Shown here piece after piece: positions 24,838 through 35,815 of a stretch of DNA of 64,000 bases. The DNA is from Cetorhinus maximus. Its lineage: Eukaryota. Position 1 is the stretch's first letter. Each line of letters opens with the position of its first letter. The translations under genes were made by a program, and so were the position numbers. The notes beneath the pieces were generated by a model. That model was not told the DNA's origin. It worked only from the letters and a program-made list of their open reading frames with translations, and did no database searches. Where the stretch lies: positions 15,562,001-15,626,000 of the forward strand of contig NC_135910.1 in the NCBI RefSeq assembly GCF_964194155.1, in the 5' to 3' direction.

Positions 24838-26379
24838 CTGTTGTGGAGGAATAATTGGAAACAGTAAGTAGGGTAGAAATCAGTGTGCTGTTTTCAATCA
24901 ATATTTCAAAGCAGGAAAAAGCTTTTGTGAAAAAATTACACTCTACATTGTATTTTACACTATCCCAACCTTCCCATGTGAAAAATCTTACATCGTCACT
25001 TACTGGCAACGTTTTTCATTACACATTCCTATGCCAATATACAATGGAAACAATCAAAAGCAAACATGTCACATTGCAATTACACCCTCCCTGTCCCAGT
25101 AAAGGCACATTAGCCAGAGATTGTAATTAGGTGCGCAGCAGATAAGACTTTCACCTCAAAGTCAGAAGGTTGTGGGTTTAAGCATAAAATCTAGGCTTAT
25201 GTTTCACTCCAGTGTTGTGGCTGCACTTAGAAGTACTTCATTGGTTGTAGAGCACTGTAGAACATCCTGAGGTCCTGCAAGGAAATGCAAGACTCACTTC
25301 TTTACAGCGTGACATGTTTACACAGGCAGTTTCCATTACAAATGTGATTAAAAGGCTATATAATGGGAAGAAAGGCCCAACGTGTAGGTTTAATATGGGG
25401 ACTGCATTATGTCTGCTCACCTTGGTCCAGTTATCCTTGGCCTCCAATCCCACTACACCTGAAAACTGCATCGCATTTGAGTCCCCATGTGCATTGTACA
25501 AGATATCGACACCTATTATATAAAAAATCTTGCAATTGCATAGCTTTACGTCATCTTTCTCCCCATTAAAGCATCTTGTGGCTCTTCTCTGCACTGCCCC
25601 GATTTCAGTGCCTCCCTTATGCTATGAGCAGCAGAGCACAACATGCAATGTGATCACACTGACCACAGCTCCTTCTGACTCTTGATTGAATAATACAAAC
25701 ACAGGAGGCCATTCAGCCCAATGTGCCTATTCTGGCTCTTAGAAGGAGCTATCCAATTAATTCTACCCCACCTTACTGTTCCCATCCCCACAACTCTTTC
25801 TCAAAAGTCCTACAAATATTTCATTTTCAAGTGTACTTCCAATTCCTTTGTGAAAGGTATGAGTGAATCCGCTTCCACTGCCCTTTCGGATAGTGCATTT
25901 CAAATAATATTCTACTCTTTTGGCTAGTACGTTCAATATTCTATTAACTTTGTTCACTGCTGCTCTGTATTTGTCGGACATGGCAAGTTTCAAATCTAAC
26001 ATTCGCATGTCTTTCAATTTAATTCTGTAGCTATTTCAACATCTTTCATGGAATACCTGTGTCGCCTACCTATTTATACCTCCAACGTGCAAGACTCTAT
26101 AATTAACTGCATTAAATTTCATCTGCCATTTCTGAGCTGCTACATCCCAATCCACTTACTCCCTCCTAGGTTAGCAGCAGTTGCAAATTTGAGTTTGAAC
26201 CCACGTGAATGATAAATGCAAGTATTATATCTGAGCAATGACCATCTCTGCAGGGTACCAGTGGGTTTCTGGTGCTCTTGGAATCACACCCCAGCAAGAC
26301 TCAAAAGAAAAAGAGTCATAACTTTTCTAAGAAAGCATTCACCAGTTTGAAGGGACAAGAGCCATAGCAAAAACAACTT

Positions 26380-28790
26380 GCATTTTATAAAGCACCTTTT
26401 ATATAATAAATGCCCCAAATACTTTACCGGAACATTATGGGCAAAATTGGACATCGAGATACATAAGGAGATGACAAGAGATGGGTTTTAAGAAGCATCT
26501 TAAAGGAGGAGAGAGAACTAGAGATGTGGGGAGGGAATTCCAGAGTTCAAGGTCTAGGTGGCTGAAGGCACAGCCAGGAATGCTGGAGAGATTAAAATTT
26601 GAAATTCTCAATGGGTCAGAATTTGTTGAGTGCAGAGTTCTGGGGGCGGGGGAAGGTGTGGGGGTGGTGCTGCAGGGCTGAAGGAGTTTACAGAGACAGG
26701 AAGATGTGAGGCTATGGAGGGACTTGAAAATAAGCATGAGATAGGAGCCAATCTAGGAGCCAAGGTAGATCAGCAACCTAAGGGGTGATGGGCACACAGG
26801 TCATAATGCAAGAACTTTCCCCTGGCTGTGGGTCTACAACTAGGGGACACAGTCTGAGAATAAGAGGTAGGCCATTGAGAACTGAAATGAAGAGGAATTT
26901 CTTCAGAGAATGGTGAATCTTTGGAATTCCCTACCCCGGAGGGCTATGGAGGCTCAGTCACCGAGTATTCTGAAGACAGAGAAAAAGGCATTGAGGTTGA
27001 AGCTCAGCCATGATCAACTAAATGGCACAGCAGGCTCAAGGGGCTGAATGGCCTGCTCCTGCACCTATTTCCTATGCTCTAATTTGAACATGTGAAGCAA
27101 ACTTTTGGATAACCTTAAGTGGACAGAGTGTAGAATGTGGGAGCCGGCCAGAAGAGCTTTGGAATAATAAAGCCGAGAGGTATGGATGAGGGTTTCAATA
27201 ACAGATGAGCTGAGGCAAGATGAAAGTCAGGAAATGTTACAGAGATGGGAACAGGCAGTCTTAACGATAGCAGTTATGGGGTCAGAGGTTCATCTCAGGA
27301 TTATGTTTGACACTAAAATTGTGAACAAGCTGGATCAATCTCAGACAACTGCCAGGAAGAGGGATGGAGCTGGTGGTTAGGAAACAGAGTTTGGGAAAGA
27401 GGCCAAAGACAATATTTTCGGTCTTCCCAATATTTAACTTGAGGAAATTTCTGCTCACCCAGTCCTGGAAGTCAGAATTCAAAAACACAAGAAATAGGAG
27501 CAGGAGTAGACTATTCGGCCCATCGAGCCTGCTCCGCCATTCAATATGATTATGGCTGATCTGGGACTTCACTCCACTTTCCTACCCGTTCCCCATATCC
27601 CTTTATTCCGAGACACCAAAAATCTGTCTATCCCACCCTTAACTATATTTAATGATGGAGCATCCACAACCCTCTGGGGCAGAGAATTCCAAAGATTCAC
27701 AACCCTTTGAGTGAAGTAATTTCTCCTCATCTAAGTCCTAAACGATCGGCCCCTTATCCTGAGACTGTGTCCTCGTGTTTTAGATTCCCTGATCAGCAGA
27801 AACAATCGCTCAGCATCTACTCTAGAATTTTCGGAATCTTGTACAGTTCGATGAGATATTTTTAAATTCATTCAAGGGATATGGGCATCTCTGGCTAGGC
27901 TAGCATTTATTGCCCATCCCTAATTGCCCTTGAGAAGGTGGTGGTGAGCTGCCTTCTTGAACTGCTGCAGTCCATGTGGTGTAGGTACACCCACAGTGCT
28001 GTTAAGGAGGGAGTTCTAGGATTTAGACCCAGCGACAGTGAAGGAATGACGATATTTTTCCAAGTCGGGATGGTGAGTGGCTTGAAGGGGAACTTCCAGG
28101 TGGTGGTGTTCCCATCTATCTGCTACCCTTGTCCTTCTAGATGGTAGAAGTTGTGGGTTTGGAAGGTGCTGTCCAAGGAGCTTTGTTGTGTTTCTGCAGT
28201 GCATCTTATAGATGGTACACACTGTTGCCACTGTGTGTCGGTGGTGCAGGGAATGAATGCTTGTGGATGGGGTACCAATCAAGCAGGCTGCTTTGTCCTG
28301 GATGGTGTCAAGCTTCTTGAGTGTTGTTGGAGCTGCACTTATCGAGGCAAAGTGAAAGTACTCCATCACACTTCTGACTTATGTCTTGTTGATTGTGGAC
28401 AGGCTTTGGGGAGTCAGGAAGTGAGTTACTCGCCGCAGGATTCCTAGCCTCTCATTCTTCTAAACTCCAGGAGAAAATAGACCCAATTTGCTCAGCTTCT
28501 CATCATTGGACAACCCCCTCATCCCAGGGAGCAATTTAGTGAACCTTCGCTGTATCACCTACAATGCAGGTATATCTTTTCTTAAACGTGGAAGCCAAAG
28601 CTGCATACAGTAATTCAGGCGTGGACTCACCAAAATAAGCGGTCTGACAATGTTGAGACAGCAGGGGGGCTGGGGGAGGTGGTGGTGAGGTAGAGCTGTG
28701 TGTCATCAGATTACATGTGAACCTTGGCACTGTTTGGATTATGTTGCAGAGGGGCAACATGCAGATGTGAAATAGGAGCTGGGGATGGTT
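26380..28790 (-). mobile_element. Nested LINE cluster (L2 host interrupted by CR1 and family-B fragments)
   Basis: L2 pieces near 26380-26800, 27090-27470 (FLKLNIGKTE) and 28640-28790; CR1 near 26810-27080 and 27480-28640; family B near 27865-28452. Confidence 0.7.
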
Positions 28791-28833
28791 AAGGCTATAG
28801 GGGAACGTGAGAACTAAGGTGAGGTGAACTTAC

Positions 28834-29127
28834 TATGTCAGCCACATCCTCCCTGGTCAGTTCCCCCTTGCGATTCTGCACATTGTCCAGCACAGCCTGG
28901 GTCTGACTGCAGACAAAACCCATGTCCAGCTGGGGTCTGTCAGAGTACCCATCCCTCACATGGTCATAGAGGCTGCTCTTGCTGCAGTAAAACCGGGGAA
29001 AGGTGCGGCAGGCGGGGATCTTCAATCGGGCAGCTGTCCCGCTGGCCCCTCTCCCCAGGGCCCGGAGAACAGGGGTCTGACACAAAGCCCAACACTTCAA
29101 CATCCCTTTCCACCAGGGCGTCGCCAT
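28834..29127 (-). CDS. SARS2: Mitochondrial seryl-tRNA synthetase, exon 1 (transit peptide + N-terminus)
   Basis: ATG in AAGATGGCG context at 29127. MATPWWKGML...SLYDHVRDGYSDRPQLDM...NRKGELTREDVADI resembles human LLYEYAREGYSALPQLDI...LRKGELRSADLPAI. Donor GTAAGT; 294 nt, phase 0. Basic, acid-poor presequence. Confidence 0.93.
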
Positions 29128-29260
29128 CTTGCCGACCTTTCGCCCTCTTGTTGTGACGTCACTGCGCCGTCCGCCAATCAGCGGTGACTTACGCCATGAC
29201 GCACATGAAGTCGACATGGCGACCTGGACGCCCCTATCACGTGGTGGGGCCAACCTGGCT
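29128..29260 (-). promoter_or_regulatory. SARS2 CpG-rich proximal promoter
   Basis: CRE TGACGTCA 29154-29161, CCAAT 29174-29178, E-box CACGTG 29238-29243, YY1-type AAGATGGCG over the ATG; local CpG enrichment. Confidence 0.65.
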
Positions 29261-29374
29261 CAATGTAGTTCTCATAGGGGAAACCTTGAGTGATTATTCA
29301 ATCTTAAAGACCTTGTCCTGAAGAATTTGTCAAACCATTTTCTGTTGCTTATCAAAGAGTGTGGTGCAAATATT

Positions 29375-30490
29375 AACATAGAATGATAACGACATAGAAG
29401 GAAGCCAGTCAGCCCATTATTTCCATGCCAGATCTCTGCAAGAGTAACTCATCCAGTCACACTCCCTCTGCCTTTTACCCCGTAGCCCTGCAATTCTTTT
29501 TCTTTCCAGATGATTATCCAATTTTCTTTTGAAGACCACAATTGAATCTGCCCCCACTGCAGTCTCAGGCAGCGCATTCCTGATCCTAACCACTTGCTGC
29601 ATGATAAAGTTTTTCCTCATGTTGCCATTCCTTCTTTTGCCAATCACCTTAAATCAGTGTCCTCTAGTTCTTGATCCTTCCGTCAATGGAAACACTTCCC
29701 CCCTATCTACTCTATCCAGAACCCCTCATGATCTTGAACATCTCTCTCCAACATGAAAGAATCTAACCATTGCCTCTTGACATTCAATGGCACTACCATT
29801 GCTGAATCCCCCATTATCAACATCCTGGAGGTTACCATTGACCAGAAACTGAACTGGACTAGCCATATAAATACTGTGGATTCAAAAGCAGGTCAGAGGC
29901 TAGGAATCCTGTGGCAAGTATCTCACCTAACTCCCCAAAGCCTGTCCACTGTTTACAAGGCACAAGGCAGAAATGTGTTCTCAATGGAATACTCTCAACT
30001 TGCCTGGATGAGTGCAGCACCAACAACACTCAAGAAGCTCGACATCATTCAGGACAAAGCAGCCCGCTTGATTTGCACTACATCCACAAACATTCACTCC
30101 CTCCACCACCGACGCAAAGTGGCAGCAATGTGTACCATTTGTAAGATGCACTGCAGGAATTCACCATGCCCCCTTAGACAGCACCTTCCAAACCCACGAC
30201 CACTACCATCTAGAAGGACAAGGGCAGCAGATACATGGGAACACCGCCACCTGGAAGCTCTCCTCCAAGCCACTCACCATCCCGACTTGGAAATATATCG
30301 GCCGTTCCTTCATTGTCACTGGGTCAAAATCCTGGAACTCCCTCCCTAACAGCACTGTGGGTGTACCTACATCACATGGACTGCAACGGTTCAAGAAGAC
30401 AGCTCACCACCACCTTCTCAAGGGCAACTAGGGATGGGCAATAAATGTTGGCCTAGCCGGTGACGCCCACATCCCTTGCATTAATTTAAA
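29375..30490. mobile_element. CR1 3' fragment (-, ~29375-29745) plus family-B LINE 3' fragment (+, ~29755-30490) between the SARS2 and NAPA promoters
   Basis: ORF 29753-30349 contains ILEVTIDQKLNWTSHI..WMSAAPTTLKKLDIIQDKAARLI; A-rich tail near 30490. Confidence 0.8.
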
Positions 30491-30914
30491 AAAAAATTCC
30501 AGACCTTAACCACTTGCAGGGCTACCATGTTAGCTACAGGATAAAATGGATCTATATATGTGGAGACACATGCACACGATTAAACTACCAACAGCAAAAA
30601 GATGGATGTGAAGGGAACATGGCCAATCGAAAGAGGAAAGAGTAGGTTTGCTTCATTTACATAGCATAGGAACTCGGATTTTAAAGTTAATGCTCCTTCA
30701 TTTGCTGTGCCACCGTTTCCAACATCCTATATTTGATCAGGAAGCCTAAAAACATAGCAACTTCCCCTCAAATATTTGGGCTGTTTATCCTACCATTGCC
30801 TATAAGCATGTGGAGGGAAGATTTGAACAAGTTATTTTAGATAAAATGAAGTTTTCATCCCTTTTCTTTTTGTTTGGTTTTACCTGTTGAGAACAATCCA
30901 AAATGAATGGGCTG

Positions 30915-31083
30915 CTTGATTGATTGACAGCAGTTATTGTTGTGACGGTTGCTGGGCAACCGTGGTGCTGGGATCACGTGACGGGCGCCGGCCGAAGAGG
31001 CGGGGTTTGTGGGGAGGAAGTGACGCAATGGACAGGCCGGCGCGGCATTAGGAGCCGACGGAAGTGGCCTGAAGTCAGCAGAT
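30915..31083 (+). promoter_or_regulatory. NAPA CpG-island promoter
   Basis: RFX X-box GTTGCTGGGCAAC 30948-30960, TCACGTGAC 30974-30982, GC box near 30997-31005, ETS-CRE GGAAGTGACG 31016-31025, CGGAAGTG 31059-31066. Confidence 0.7.
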
Positions 31084-31181
31084 ATGGATAATTCGGCCAA
31101 GGAGCGGGAGGCTTTGGCCTTGGTGGCCGAGGCCGAGAAGAAAGTCCGCTCGGCCCGCTCCTTCATGGCCTCCCTGTTCGG
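31084..31181 (+). CDS. NAPA: Alpha-soluble NSF attachment protein, exon 1
   Basis: MDNSAKEREALALVAEAEKKVRSARSFMASLF+GG |GTGAGA; 98 nt; resembles human [21 protein letters not shown]. Confidence 0.96.
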
Positions 31182-31228
31182 GTGAGAGGCCCTGGGTAAA
31201 GGGAATTAATTAACCCCGACATTGCTGT

Positions 31229-31375
31229 CGGGGCTGGTCGCTGGATCCCGGGGTGGGTGTAGGGGCTGGTCGCTGGACCCCGGGGTGGGCTGTCGGGGCT
31301 GGTCGCTGGACCCCGGGGTGGGTGTAGGGGCTGGTCGCTGAAGGGACTGGGGGGCTGGTCGCTGAAGGGACTGGT
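31229..31375 (+). repeat. G-rich minisatellite at the start of NAPA intron 1
   Basis: About 32-bp unit GGGGCTGGTCGCTGGACCCCGGGGTGGG x3, then GGGGCTGGTCGCTGAAGGGACTG x2. Confidence 0.85.
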
Positions 31376-32926
31376 TATTAAACTTGCCTCCACGGCTATG
31401 TTCTTTGTTTGTAGTTTTTTAGCCAGTAATCTAATCTGACATGTCAGTATTGCATTATTGACAGGTGATGTCTGTCTATGTCTATGCTGTCTGCACAGGT
31501 GCATGTTTAAGTTCTGTTGATAGTAATCAATGATAAAGTCTTTAATTCATCCAATAACTCACATCCCATAAAACAAAGTAACTAGTCATGTATCTTTCTC
31601 GCTGTCTTCATATTGGCTGTTGTTTCAACTCACTTAAGTGGTTATTCTTCAACTGGATGTGAAGCGCTGGTGGAATGTCCTGGAAGATTCGATGTGGCAT
31701 AAGTGCCTTCTTTCCATCAGAAGCTATATTCTTGAGGGCTTGAATGATCCAGGACAAGTAATTTCTGGATGATACTGTGCTCTTTGGTTTGGCAGTGGCA
31801 GTCTGAGGTCAGCATTGATAAGTTTAATGATTTTGGTTTGGCTCGGATTAGTGTGAATCTGCTGAACTCTCTGCTTTGAAGCTAAACTGTTCTGGTAATC
31901 GGTTTCTTTAGGGTTTTCTTTTAAACTTACCAATATAAATTTATAAACATCCCATCCGTTCAAGGTAACCTAAAATTAGTGTGTGATTAAGTCTTTTTAA
32001 ATAAAGTCATGTTTTATTGCATTGGGCAGTTTAACTGAGGTGAAATTTAGCAAGTCTGATTCAGGATTATTTGACATTGTAATTTTTGTGCTGGCTATCT
32101 GCTAACAAACACCAAACCGGCTCCACAAGTTTGCTCAGTTAACATGCCACATCGGTGCAAGTCCTCCTTAATAAAGGAAAGTGCATTTGTATAGCTCCTT
32201 CCGTGTCCTCAGGATTTCTTGAAGCACTCTACAGCCATTGACGTATTACTACAGTGTATTCACTTATAATGTAGGAAGGGTGACAGCCAATTTGTACACA
32301 GCAAGCTCCCACAAGCAGCATTGAGATAATGATAAAATTTGTTTCTGTGACGTTGCCATGGGATCTATCACATCCACCTGAGGGGAAGGTGAGATCTTGG
32401 TTTAACCTTTCATTCGAAAGATGGCACCTCCGGCAGTGTAGTGCTCCCTTGGTACTGCACTGAAGTGCCCATCTCGATTATGTGCTCCCATCTCTGGGGT
32501 GGGATGTGTACCCACAGCCTTCTGACGCGGGTGAGAGTGCTACCATTACCAAGGCTGCCATTTTAGTGTGGAAACTTTAAATACACAAAGGCTTTTAAGT
32601 CCTGAAATACTGAGGTTTTTAAGATTGTATTCTTAGACTGGAACAATTGGCTAAAGATTCTTCAAAAGAAAGCAAGTTGTGCTGTCCCTGGCTATCGGGA
32701 CTGAGGCATGAGAAAAATATCTATTGCACAAGCTAGTAGGTTTAAGTAAATTGTGTAGATTTTATTTTTAAAACATCTTAGACTTAAAAGTGTCTTTTTT
32801 TAATGCCTGAAATCTCAAGAAAACTTCAATCTTTAAACTGTCAGGTAAATAACAAAAATATATTGTAATCTAGTAGATGGGTAGGGAAACCCTCCTTTTT
32901 CTGATGAAAAATTACCCTAATTGTAG

Positions 32927-33152
32927 CAAAAACAGAAAATACTGGAAAAACTCAGTAGGTCTAACAGTATCTGTGGAGCGAGAAACAGAGTTAACGTTCA
33001 GAGTCCGTAAGACTCTTCAGAGCTCTGAAGAAGTCATAAAAGCTTGAAACGTTAACTCTGTTTGTCTCTCCACAGATGCTGCTAGACCTGCTGAGCTTTT
33101 CCAGCATTTTCTGTTTTTGTTTCAGATTTCCAGTTTCTGCAGTATTTTGCTT
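32927..33152. mobile_element. Palindromic Penelope-type non-autonomous element
   Basis: About 96-bp inverted arms centred on CTTCAGAG|CTCTGAAG (33022/33023). Related copies at 44691-44868, 52675-53405 and 57655-57720. Confidence 0.65.
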
Positions 33153-35299
33153 TTACCCTAGTTGTAGCTGTTGCCAATGGAATGAGCTAATCTCTCCTCG
33201 TGCACTCCAGTCACCCTTGAGGACCTCTTGAGTGCAACAAAACTGTCTCTGTGTTCTGTTGTGAGTTTCTTTGCGTGAGGCTGGAATCGCCGATGCCTCC
33301 AATTTCTGTCCACCCGCCCTCCAATTTGTGTTTTTTAACTTGGCGTTGGATGTTGCATTATTGCTAATTGTTTTCTGCAATGATGCCCCTTTTTCTTTGG
33401 ATAGCTGACTTTGGAATTAAGAATGAGTCTCTGAAAGTATTTGATATTTATAGTGAACCCTGTCAAAGCGAAGTTTCAGAACCACCCATAAAGATGATGC
33501 ATAATTTAAAAACACAATGTACTGGTGATTTATTTGCTTAATTATGCACTACTCTTAAACTTAAAAGCCCTGTTGAGAGAAGGGAACAATTTTGGCATCA
33601 GTAACATCATCTAGCTCATATTTGGAATTAATAGTATTGTCAACCTACTTAATTCATTGCTGTGCAGTTTTGTTCTGGAGCTGTACTGCATCCATATTGG
33701 ATCATTGTCAACCATGGCCCATTTGATGCCACACTCCCTCTGAGCCGGAAGGACAGGGTTCAAGTCTGATGCCAGAGTCTTGAACAGGCTGCTATACCTG
33801 TGCAATACCGAGGCGATGCTGCACTTAGAGATGCCGTCTTTCAGATGAGATGTTAAACCAAGGCCCCCCATCTGCCCCTTCATGTGGACATAAAAGATCC
33901 CATGAAATGAGCAAGGGGGAGTTCTCCCCGGTGCCCCGGCCAATATTTATCCCTAAACCAACATTGCAAAAACAGATTATCTGATTATTGTTACATTGCT
34001 GTTTGTGGGAGCTTGCTGTGCACAAATTGGCTGCTGCATTTCCTACATTGCAACAGTGACTACACTTCAAAGGTACTTCATTGACTGTTAAAACGCTTTG
34101 AGACATCCTGAGGTCATGAAAGGTATTATAGAAATGCAACTATTTCTTTCATTGTTTGAACATCCCTTTGCAGCAATATAATCCAGTACTACATACTTAT
34201 TGTGCTTTTTAAGTTTTCATGTGTATGTACATGTAGCCATTCTGTCCACTTAATGCAACCTCGTGTATTGATTTGAAATTACTGTAAATGGTTAATGTGT
34301 TGGTAGCGCGCGCACACAGTATCAGGCTGGAGTCGCCACTTGTCATGTTATAGTCTCCATGAAGTATTTCTGGGTTCCATGTGGGTTACATTTAGTTGAA
34401 AGTGCTGCTGTAAAGCATTCTTCTAATTCTCCAGTGTTCCCTTCCCATTGATCATATTGTCACTGGGACCCATGAGCAGGCCAGGAAACAAATTACTTTT
34501 GAAATTTTAATTTTTGATCTAATTAGCTTAATACAAAGCACTTTGGAACATTGCTCTGCACCAAAGATGCTGTATGAATCTGAATATTTTGACAACTTAT
34601 GGTTTCCAACACTGTGGCTGAGCTGTGGATATATGTTTGTATCTTGTGACCGACTGTAATTAGCTTGCAGTTTCACTACTGGATCCATTTACTCCTGAAA
34701 TATGAATTATATCCTTTAGCTCTTCATCTGTCCCGTGTGTCAGTGGTTCTTAATTTCCCCATCAATCAGTTTTGCAACTGCACACCACAACATCCTGCTG
34801 CTTTGGTTTTGTGACAGTTATTCCATGTTAGTATGGCCACAGCTGCTTCAAGTGAACCTGTGTACAACCGTAGGGATTTCAAACATAACTTTTCCATGAC
34901 TTTTATTAAACCATTGAACTAGAGTTGAGTGTTGTTGATATCAAGCTTGATTTCAGTGATGCCAGGCCAGCAGTGAGTTAAATTATGTGCGTCGCTAACT
35001 GCCCAGGACTAACTGAGCTCTGAGCACAAGCTGCAGTACTTCACAACTGCATTTGAATGTTACATTTTAGTTAAGGTGGGGGGGGGGGGCGGATTTGCTA
35101 TTTAGTATATTTTTTAAAATAGCCAACGTGCATTGGATTTACCGAAAGTCTCGACTTTAGACAAACCTGTATTTGCAACGGGTGTGAAACTGAAGAAAGG
35201 TGCATCATGCAATTGCTTTTTGAGTAGCAGAGTACCAGGGCCTGACTTGTAAGCTGTGTACAGTCAGCGGCAGCACCAAAGTAGACTCATTGACTGACG

Positions 35300-35815
35300 G
35301 ATGTTTACAGTACAGAAGGAGGCCATTCAGCCCATCATGCCTGTGCTGGTCAACAAAGATTTGACTACACTAATCTAATTTTCCCGCGCTTGGCCCATTG
35401 CCCTGGAGGCTATGGCAATGCAAGTGAATACCTAAATACTGCTAAAATGTTACTAGAGTTTCTGACACATCCACCCTTTCAGACAGAGTTCCAGACTCCC
35501 ACCACCCTCTTGAGTGAAAAAATTTCTCCTCAACTTTCCTCTTAGCCGCTACCTCTTACCTTAAATCTATGCATTGACCCCCTCTACTAATGGAAAAAGT
35601 GCCTTCCTATCCACCCTATCTATGCCCCTCATAATCTTATACACCTCTAGGAAAACAACCCCAGCCTAACCAATCTTTCCTCATAGCTCAGACCCTCCAG
35701 CCCAGGCAGCATCCTGGTAAATCTTCTCTTCACCCTCTCCAGTGCAATCACATCCTCCTCATAATGTGGTGACCAGAACTGCATGCAGTACTCGAGTTGT
35801 GGCCTAACCAGCGTA
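35300..35815 (-). mobile_element. CR1-like LINE 3' fragment
   Basis: Minus strand reads LEYCMQFWSPHYEEDVIALERV and carries the CR1 3' tail. Confidence 0.8.

Noticed and set aside
29128-29253. 42-aa N-terminal extension of SARS2 in the ORF track
   Set aside because: It starts at a non-ATG codon and crosses promoter motifs. The ATG at 29127 has strong context and begins a plausible transit peptide.
31028-31051. Short upstream ORF (MDRPARH*) before NAPA
   Set aside because: It lies among core promoter motifs and is probably upstream of the transcription start, which is unknown.
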